Assembly: GCA_040005445.1 (NCBI GenBank)
Contig: JBDTYW010000001.1
Span: 1-25,546 of the forward strand
Direction of reading: 5' to 3'
Origin: Candidatus Eiseniibacteriota bacterium
Lineage (GTDB): Bacteria; Eisenbacteria; RBG-16-71-46; DASYSL01
Length of the DNA: 25,546 nucleotides
How positions within the stretch are numbered: position 1 is the first letter of the stretch; every line of letters starts with the position of its first letter. The notes under the pieces are model-generated. The model saw nothing but the letters and a program-made list of their open reading frames with translations, did no database searches and was not told the origin of the DNA. Below are positions 19,275 to 25,546 of the stretch, one piece after another. The position numbers were made by a program, and so were the translations under genes.

Positions 19275-19332
19275 GGCCGAGGTTCCTCCCGGGAGCGCGG
19301 TCGCTCCCCGGGCGTGAGGGTCGGCCGCGAGA

Positions 19333-20004
19333 TCAGGCGCCGCTCGCCGGGACGAGCGGCCGCTCGTGCAGGAGCTGCGCATAGTAGAGGGTATTGCGCG
19401 CGAGATTCTTCGCCATGTGCTTCGTGGCGTCGTTGACCAGGCGCTGCTCGCGGTCCTTCGCGGGCGGCTGCCCGACCTCGCCCACCCAGTAGGCGGCGCA
19501 TTCCGGCGGGAGCGTGAAGCCCATGAAGGTCAGCACCATCATGATCGTGCCGAGCGTCGAGAGCGCCCCGTCCTCGCTGCCTGTGATCACGACGCCTGCG
19601 ACCTTGTTGTAGAGCGCGCTGCGCCCGCTGGCAATGTATTCCTCGTCGAGCGCGTCCATGCGCTCGATCACCCGCTGCATCAGGCTCGAGCGGCCGCCCC
19701 ACCAGACCGGCGTCGCGAACAGCACGATGTCGGCGGCCTTGAGCTTCGGAACGATCTCGGGCCACCGGTCGGTCTTGCTCTCGCGGAAGCCGAGGCCGAC
19801 GGGCAGGTCGAGGTCGGCCAGGCGGACGACCTCGCTCTCGAGCTTCGGGTGGAGCGCCCGCATGTTCTCGACCACCATCTCGGCCAGCTCGCCGGTGTTC
19901 GAGATCTCGGGCGCGTGCTTGAGCGAGGCGTTGAGCACGAGCACGCGCAGAAGCGCGTCGGGCGCGGGCATCTCACAGTCGCCGCAGGGCTTGATCTTGT
20001 ACAT
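19333..20004 (-). CDS. Flavodoxin-like NAD(P)H-dependent FMN reductase family protein
   Basis: GGAGG RBS; LVLNASLK...SNT; ADIVLFATPVWWG..SSL.QRVIERMD; YNKVAGVVITGSEDG. Confidence 0.88.
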   Translation of the reverse strand: MYKIKPCGDCEMPAPDALLRVLVLNASLKHAPEISNTGELAEMVVENMRALHPKLESEVVRLADLDLPVGLGFRESKTDRWPEIVPKLKAADIVLFATPVWWGGRSSLMQRVIERMDALDEEYIASGRSALYNKVAGVVITGSEDGALSTLGTIMMVLTFMGFTLPPECAAYWVGEVGQPPAKDREQRLVNDATKHMAKNLARNTLYYAQLLHERPLVPASGA

Positions 20005-20032
20005 GGTCCGGCCTCCGGGGCAGGAGCGAGCT

Positions 20033-20623
20033 TCAGGGTTTCGCCAGCACCTCGAGGGCCTGCTCGGCCGCGACGCGATCGCCGTGGCCCTCGCTGATGC
20101 GGGCGTAGGTGACCCGACCCTTCCGGTCGAGCACGAACAGGGCCGGGTGGGAGGTCTCCTGCTCCGCGTCCCAGCGCAGGTGATAGGCATCGGTCATGGT
20201 GTAGCCCGGATCCGGCAGGACGTAGAAGTGCCTGGGATAGTCGCGACCCTGCACGAATTCCTTCGCGTGATCCCACAGGCCTTCCGACGGTCCGGGATAG
20301 ACGAACACGACGTGCGCCTTCGCCTTCTTGAACCCGTCCGCCCGGGTGAGGAAATCGCCCACCTGCTTCGTGCAGAACGGGCACTGGTACCCGGGATAGC
20401 CGCGCAGCATCAGGAGGACCACGGGGCCCTTCTTGACGAGGGAGGACAGGCGGATCGTGCCGCCGCTCAGCGCGGGCAGCGCGAAGTCTGGCGCGATGTC
20501 CCCGACCACGGGCGTCCTGCTTTCCTCGTCGGCGCGCGCGGCGCCTGGGAACGAGTTCGTCAGCATGGTGAGCGACATTACGAGAAGGAATGGAACGATT
20601 CGATGGTGAAGACGAGAGTGCAT
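20033..20623 (-). CDS. AhpC/TSA peroxiredoxin-like redoxin, possibly exported
   Basis: GD.APDFALP; YQCPFC; DP; PALFVLDRKG.V; hydrophobic N-terminus ending AARA; GGAG RBS. Confidence 0.85.
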   Translation of the reverse strand: MHSRLHHRIVPFLLVMSLTMLTNSFPGAARADEESRTPVVGDIAPDFALPALSGGTIRLSSLVKKGPVVLLMLRGYPGYQCPFCTKQVGDFLTRADGFKKAKAHVVFVYPGPSEGLWDHAKEFVQGRDYPRHFYVLPDPGYTMTDAYHLRWDAEQETSHPALFVLDRKGRVTYARISEGHGDRVAAEQALEVLAKP

Positions 20624-20684
20624 GATGGTTCTCCAGGATGTGGCGGGACGGGCGCGGGGAGCGGAAACGATCGCCCCGAGCCAT

Positions 20685-21209
20685 CTACTGCGTCAGGCGC
20701 TCGATGTGACCGTCGGGGAAGCGCTCCCCGGGACCCGGAGCCGACTCGAGCACCAGGATTCGCTCTTCGATGTCCGTCCCGGGCGACTCGTCCTCGACGC
20801 GCACCTCGCCCGCGACGCGGAACCCGCACTTCTCGAGCACGCGCTGCGAGCCGGGATTGTTCACGGAGACGTGGGCGAACAGCGGCCGCGTGTGCACGAT
20901 CCCGAGAAACTCGGAGAGCGCCCGCGTGGCGATGCCCCGCCCCCAGTGAGCCCGGTCGATCCAGTAGCCGAGCTCCCGCCGGGCGTCCTTCTCCCAGCTC
21001 CCGATGTTGCCGACGACTTCGCCATCGCACAGGATCGCGCGCTTGATCACGGATGTGTCGGCAAGGATCTTCGCCCAGTGTGCCACGTGCGCGGCCTCGT
21101 CGCGCGCCGGGAACGCGGCCATCCGCGTCGCCTCGGGGTCGCGCTGGTGCTCGAAGAAGACGGGGATGTCCTCGGCGGCCACCTCGCGCAAGCGGATCTC
21201 GTGCGTCAT
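20685..21209 (-). CDS. GNAT N-acetyltransferase (RimJ/RimL-like)
   Basis: ELGYWIDRAHWGRGIATRAL; N..SQRVLEKCGF; start taken at MTHEIRLREV (21209). Confidence 0.88.
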   Translation of the reverse strand: MTHEIRLREVAAEDIPVFFEHQRDPEATRMAAFPARDEAAHVAHWAKILADTSVIKRAILCDGEVVGNIGSWEKDARRELGYWIDRAHWGRGIATRALSEFLGIVHTRPLFAHVSVNNPGSQRVLEKCGFRVAGEVRVEDESPGTDIEERILVLESAPGPGERFPDGHIERLTQ

Positions 21210-21267
21210 TCCGAACCCCCTGGGCCGCCGGTGACCCTCACGACGTCCCCGCACCCATCGCCATTCC

Positions 21268-21382
21268 TCCTGCGGGTCCGGGACGTAGTCCGCGGACGCC
21301 TGCATCGATCCGGTCTCGAGACTCACGCGCCGGCAGCCGCGCTCGCGGGCCACGGCCAGGAGGTGTTCGAGCAGCGCGGCAT
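21268..21382 (-). pseudogene. Fragment of a YedL-like GNAT acetyltransferase
   Basis: ALLEHLLAVARERGCRRVSLETGSMQA-ADYVPDP matches the C-terminal third of that GNAT type; the N-terminal part and the usual segment between ETGSM and DY.PDP are absent; ATG 21382 is out of frame. Confidence 0.65.
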
Positions 21383-21386
21383 GGCC

Positions 21387-21559
21387 TCATGCGCGGGGTT
21401 CCAGCAGCTCCAATCGATTGCCGAACGGGTCCATCACGTAGACCCGATCGTGACCCGGCAGCTTGTCGTCCTCGGTCACCTCGACGCCGGCATCGCGAGC
21501 TGGACATGGTCGATCTTCACGATGCCGCCCGGTTGGCGCGGCAGGGAACGTCCGGACAT
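21387..21559 (-). pseudogene. VOC/glyoxalase gene with a large frameshifting internal deletion
   Basis: N-terminal IVKIDHVQLAMPA (stop at 21476-21478) and C-terminal RDAGVEVTED..LPG..RVYV.DPFGNRLELLEP are in different frames and share 13 nt at 21485-21497. Confidence 0.8.
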
Positions 21560-21567
21560 GACCGCGC

Positions 21568-21939
21568 CTACACGTGCTGGTCGAGGAGGACCGGGTTGCC
21601 GTCGGGGTCGACGGCGAAGAGGCTCGCGGGGCCGGTCGTCGATTCATCGGCCTCGGACGTCAACGGGACGCCTGCCGCCTTCAACAGGCGCTGCAACTCG
21701 CGCACGTCGGTGAACTCGGGGAGCTTCTGCGCGTTGCTGTCCCATCCCGGGTTGAACGTCAGGATGTTCTTGTCGAACATGCCCTGGAACAGGCCGATCA
21801 CGTGGTCGCCGTTCTTCAGGATCAGCCAGTTCTGTTCGGCATTGCCGCCGAAGACCGTGAAGCCGAACTTCTCGTAGAAGGCCTTCGACGCGGCAAGGTC
21901 CTTGACCGCCAGGCTGATCGAAAACGCTCCGAGGTTCAT
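21568..21939 (-). CDS. VOC/glyoxalase family protein
   Basis: AGGAGG RBS; [22 protein letters not shown]; [12 protein letters not shown]. Confidence 0.92.
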   Translation of the reverse strand: MNLGAFSISLAVKDLAASKAFYEKFGFTVFGGNAEQNWLILKNGDHVIGLFQGMFDKNILTFNPGWDSNAQKLPEFTDVRELQRLLKAAGVPLTSEADESTTGPASLFAVDPDGNPVLLDQHV

Positions 21940-21948
21940 GCGCTCCTC

Positions 21949-22686
21949 CTATTCGTTCGTGGGGGCTTCGGGTGGATCGTTCTTGACCACGTTCGCCGGC
22001 TCGGCGATCGCCAGCTCCTTCAGGTTCGCCAGCGCGCGGGACAAGAGCAGCCCGAGCATGACGAACGTGATCGCGATGCCGGCGATGTCGAACACCGTCA
22101 TCTCGACGCCGAACAGCTTGAACGGCAGCGGGGTCAGCGCCCCCGCGAGCAGGTTGAGCGCGAGCAGCACGATGCGCACCTCGGTCGGGCCGAGCGACCC
22201 GTAACCATAGCTGAATCGGCCAAACACGTAGGTCTCGAGATACACGTTGATCGACAGCATCAGGTACGCGATCACACCCGCGAACCCGACCGACAGCAAC
22301 ATATAAGGAGAGAGACCGAGCCCGAGGCCGATCGCCGTGGTCGAGTAGGCGTCGGTCAGGTGGTCGAGGTAGAAACCGTAGCGCGGCCGCTGGATCTTCC
22401 GCACGCGCGCGAGCGTGCCGTCGAGGCTGTCGCCCAACCAGTGCAGCACGATCCCGAGCGATGCGCCGTAGAGCCAGAGCGGGTTCGCGTTCGACTTCAT
22501 GTAGCAGAACGCGATCCACGTCGCGGCCACGATCCCGAGGCCCGTCAGGTGGTCGGGCATGACCCAGCGCGGCAGCCGGGCAGCGATGCGGGGGAGCGCC
22601 CACTTCTCGAAGCGGGCGACTAGGAAGTCCGCCTTGCGCTCGGCGTCCTTGTGCGGCTGGGGCGTTTCGGTCACGCGGGCCTCCAC
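21949..22686 (-). CDS. CDP-alcohol phosphatidyltransferase family protein
   Basis: PDHLT; signature DSLDGTLARVR......YGFYLDHLTD; GPTE.R. Confidence 0.9.
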   Translation of the reverse strand: MEARVTETPQPHKDAERKADFLVARFEKWALPRIAARLPRWVMPDHLTGLGIVAATWIAFCYMKSNANPLWLYGASLGIVLHWLGDSLDGTLARVRKIQRPRYGFYLDHLTDAYSTTAIGLGLGLSPYMLLSVGFAGVIAYLMLSINVYLETYVFGRFSYGYGSLGPTEVRIVLLALNLLAGALTPLPFKLFGVEMTVFDIAGIAITFVMLGLLLSRALANLKELAIAEPANVVKNDPPEAPTNE

Positions 22687-22843
22687 GGCGGGGTGGATCC
22701 GGGGACGCTAGCGCATCCCGGGCGAATCGGCTACATTTCCCCCGTCCGGCAGGCCGCCGGCCCACATTCCCTCCGCAATCGTCGTCCCTCTCTTGCGTGA
22801 AGGCGGGCCCGCGCCGGCCCAGTGATTTCCCACCGGAGGATCC

Positions 22844-24016
22844 ATGGCCGTCTTCAACGGAGTCGACTTCCTGCGCATCGACGATCTCCTGACCGACGAG
22901 GAGAAGACCATTCGCCAGGCGGTGCGCGATTGGGTCGAGGAGAAGTACCTGCCGCTGGTCGAGCACCACTACGAGGCTGCGACGTTCCCGATGGAGGTCA
23001 TTCCGCAGATCGCCGAGCTCGGCCTCCTGGGCGCGAACCTCCCGGTCGAGTACGGTTGCGCAGGCATCGGCGACGTGGCGTACGGGCTCGCCATGCAGGA
23101 GCTCGAGCGCGGCGACTCCGGCCTGCGCTCGTTCGTCTCGGTGCAGGGCGCGCTCGTGATGTACCCGATCTACGCTTACGGCTCCGAAGAGCAGAAGAAG
23201 TTCTGGCTGCCGAAGCTCGCGGCCGGCGAGAAGATCGGCTGCTTCGGCCTGACCGAGCCCGACTTCGGCTCGAACCCCGCCGGGATGAAGACCACCGCGA
23301 AGACCGTCGACGGCGGCTACGTGCTGAACGGCGCGAAGATGTGGATCACGAACGGCACGATCGCCGACGTCGCGGTGGTGTGGGCGCGGCTCGACGGCGG
23401 CTCGATTCGCGGCTTCCTCGTCGAGAAGGGCACGAAGGGCTTCAGCGCGCCGGAGCAAAAGCGCAAGTATTCCTTGCGCGCCTCGGTCACGAGCGAGCTG
23501 ATCCTGCAGGACGTCCACGTCGGCAAGGATGCGCTGCTGCCGAACGGCGAGGGCCTCAAGGCGCCGCTCGGCTGCCTGACGCAGGCGCGCTACGGCATCA
23601 GCTGGGGCGTGCTCGGCGCGGCGATGGCTTGCTACCACATTGCGCTGGAATATTCGAAGGTGCGGATCATGTTCGACAAGCCGATCGGCTCGTTCCAGCT
23701 CATCCAGGCGAAGCTCGCCGACATGATCACCGAGATCACGAAGGGCCAGCTGCTCGCGCTCCAGGTCGGCCGCCTCAAGGAGCAGAAGCTGCACACGCCC
23801 GAGATGGTCTCGATGGCGAAGCGCAACAACTGCGAGATCGCGCTCGACATCGCACGCGAGTCGCGCGACATCATGGGCGCGAACGGCATCACGGGCGAGT
23901 ACCCGGTGATGCGCCACATGTGCAACCTCGAGTCGGTGAAGACCTACGAGGGCACGCACAATATTCACACGCTCGTGCTCGGCGAGGCCGTCACCGGCCT
24001 GCCCGCCTACCGGTAA
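22844..24016 (+). CDS. gcdH: Acyl-CoA dehydrogenase, glutaryl-CoA dehydrogenase-like
   Basis: GGAGGA RBS; ELERGDSGLRSFVSVQ..LVM.PI; CFGLTEPD.GSNP; KMWITNG; TYEGTH.IH with the catalytic Glu. Confidence 0.85.
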   Translation: MAVFNGVDFLRIDDLLTDEEKTIRQAVRDWVEEKYLPLVEHHYEAATFPMEVIPQIAELGLLGANLPVEYGCAGIGDVAYGLAMQELERGDSGLRSFVSVQGALVMYPIYAYGSEEQKKFWLPKLAAGEKIGCFGLTEPDFGSNPAGMKTTAKTVDGGYVLNGAKMWITNGTIADVAVVWARLDGGSIRGFLVEKGTKGFSAPEQKRKYSLRASVTSELILQDVHVGKDALLPNGEGLKAPLGCLTQARYGISWGVLGAAMACYHIALEYSKVRIMFDKPIGSFQLIQAKLADMITEITKGQLLALQVGRLKEQKLHTPEMVSMAKRNNCEIALDIARESRDIMGANGITGEYPVMRHMCNLESVKTYEGTHNIHTLVLGEAVTGLPAYR

Positions 24017-24131
24017 TCCCGGTGGAGGCGCTTGCCGAGCCACGCCGGTAGCCCACCGCGGGTGTATACTCCGACCTGACGATTTCGCGATTTCGATCCT
24101 GCTTCGTGCATCGCAACCAGGACATGACTTC

Positions 24132-25546
24132 ATGAGCGCACACAACGACCGTCCCCGCACCCTGGGCCAGCTCGTGGCGCAGGGCTACCGCCCTCGCACC
24201 GTCAAGGAGGAGATGCGCGAGAACTTGATCGCGCGCATCCAGTCCGGCGCGGAGCTGTTCCCCGGCATCATCGGCTACGACAAGACGGTCATCCCGCAGC
24301 TCGAGAACGCGATCCTCTCGCGCCACGACTTCATCCTGCTCGGTCTGCGCGGCCAGGCCAAGACCCGCATCCTGCGCCAGCTCAAGTCGTTCCTCGACGA
24401 GGCGGTGCCGGTGATCGAGGGCTGCGAGATCCACGACGAGCCGACCGCGCCGATCTGCGCCCCGTGCAAGCGCCTCGCGCGCGAGCTGGGCGACGCGCTG
24501 CCGATCGCATGGATCGGGCGCGACGCGCGCTACAACGAGAAGCTCGCCACGCCCGACGTCTCGATTGCGGACCTGATCGGCGATATCGACCCGATCAAGG
24601 CCGCGACCAAGAAGCTCGCGTTCGCCGACGAGGAGGTCATCCACTACGGGCTCGTGCCGCGCACGAACCGCGGCATCTTCGCGATCAACGAGGTGCCCGA
24701 CCTCCAGCCGCGCATCCAGGTCGGGTTGCTCAACATCCTCGAAGAGAAGGACGTGCAGATCCGGGGATTCCCGGTGCGCATCCCGCTCGACATGCTGCTC
24801 GTGTTCTCCGCGAATCCCGAGGACTACACGAACCGCGGCAACATCATCACGCCGCTGCGCGACCGCATCGCGTCGCAGATCATGACGCACTACCCGCTCG
24901 CGCTCGAGGACGGCATCACGATCACCGACCAGGAGGCGTGGACCCAGCGCGCGAGCGCGGTCAAGGTGGACGTGCCGTACTACTTCAAGGAACTGATCGA
25001 GGAGGTCGCGGTTCAGGCGCGCAAGTCCGAGTATGTCGATCAAAGCTCGGGCGTGTCCGCGCGCATGACGATCTCGCTCATGGAGAACCTGGTCTCGAAC
25101 GCCGAGCGCCGCGGCTTGCGCACCGGCGAGGCGACCGTGCGACCGCGCCTGGCGGATCTGTACGGGGCCGTGTCGGCGATCTCGGGCAAGGTCGAGCTGG
25201 TTTACGAGGGCGAGCAGGAGGGCTCGGCGAACGTCGCGCGCCACCTGATCGGCAAGGCGGTCAAGGCGCTGTTCGCGCGCACGTTCCCCGACGCATACAA
25301 GACGCGCGGCAAGGATGCTTCGACCAACCAGGTCTACAAGCCGATCGTCGACTGGTTCGCCTCGGGCAAGACGATCGAGATCTCGGACGAGTCGAGCGCC
25401 GAGGAGTTCGCCCAGGGCCTGCGAGCAGTCCAGGGCCTCGAGCCGCTCGCGGTCAAGCACCTGCAGGCGTTGGACGCGTCCGAGCTCGGCCCCGCGATGG
25501 AGTTCGTGCTCGAGGGCCTGCACCAGCACTCGATCCTCTCGCGCGA
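24132..25546 (+). CDS. ChlI/MoxR-like AAA+ ATPase ('magnesium chelatase-like'), truncated by the window end and absent from the ORF track
   Basis: My translation from ATG 24132: Walker A-like GLRGQAKT; EKLATPDVSIADLIGDIDP; Walker B IFAINEVPDL; SANPEDYTNRG; LRDRI. Very high GC3; spot-checked stretches show no stop. Confidence 0.9.
   Translation, partial: MSAHNDRPRTLGQLVAQGYRPRTVKEEMRENLIARIQSGAELFPGIIGYDKTVIPQLENAILSRHDFILLGLRGQAKTRILRQLKSFLDEAVPVIEGCEIHDEPTAPICAPCKRLARELGDALPIAWIGRDARYNEKLATPDVSIADLIGDIDPIKAATKKLAFADEEVIHYGLVPRTNRGIFAINEVPDLQPRIQVGLLNILEEKDVQIRGFPVRIPLDMLLVFSANPEDYTNRGNIITPLRDRIASQIMTHYPLALEDGITITDQEAWTQRASAVKVDVPYYFKELIEEVAVQARKSEYVDQSSGVSARMTISLMENLVSNAERRGLRTGEATVRPRLADLYGAVSAISGKVELVYEGEQEGSANVARHLIGKAVKALFARTFPDAYKTRGKDASTNQVYKPIVDWFASGKTIEISDESSAEEFAQGLRAVQGLEPLAVKHLQALDASELGPAMEFVLEGLHQHSILSR

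Noticed and set aside
24032-24070. TTGCCG...TATACT as the promoter of the ATPase gene
   Set aside because: The -10 is good, but the spacing to the -35 candidate is 27 nt, so a full promoter is not supported.
21644-24160. 838-aa minus ORF
   Set aside because: Antisense shadow of the acyl-CoA dehydrogenase plus off-frame overlap with other genes.
23991-25529. 512-aa minus ORF
   Set aside because: Antisense shadow of the + strand AAA+ ATPase, which carries the real motifs.

Overview
A GC-rich (about 70%) bacterial chromosomal window of accessory, stress and housekeeping genes. I saw no rRNA, tRNA, CRISPR array, phage or IS. A secreted protein with a C-terminal FlgD-Ig-like sorting domain suggests an FCB-related lineage such as Ca. 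Eisenbacteria (inference only). From left to right: a 1099-aa secreted protein (lamin-tail-like domain, three Cys-rich repeats of about 230 aa, FlgD-Ig tail); a broken NIPSNAP gene divergent from an ArsR regulator; a lower-GC block with an RsbT-like kinase, an RsbU_N-domain histidine kinase and a NarL-type response regulator, divergent from a DUF3494 ice-binding lipoprotein; a DUF2867 SDR; a nitronate monooxygenase-family enzyme; an antiporter-mscS-corA-O-methyltransferase operon; an AmpG-like MFS; a long minus-strand detox cluster (CDP-alcohol phosphotransferase, VOC, GNATs, peroxiredoxin-like, flavodoxin-like, NTF2-like, C-N hydrolase); glutaryl-CoA dehydrogenase; and a ChlI/MoxR-like AAA+ ATPase that runs off the end and is missing from the ORF track. 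Two signals stand out. The first is a stressosome output pair (RsbT and RsbU_N) apparently rewired into a two-component system, with no RsbR/RsbS in the window. The second is a series of small genes collapsed by internal deletions whose junctions read sensibly in two frames (microhomology), which could be real erosion or an assembly artefact. Family assignments come from motif recognition by eye, without database searches.
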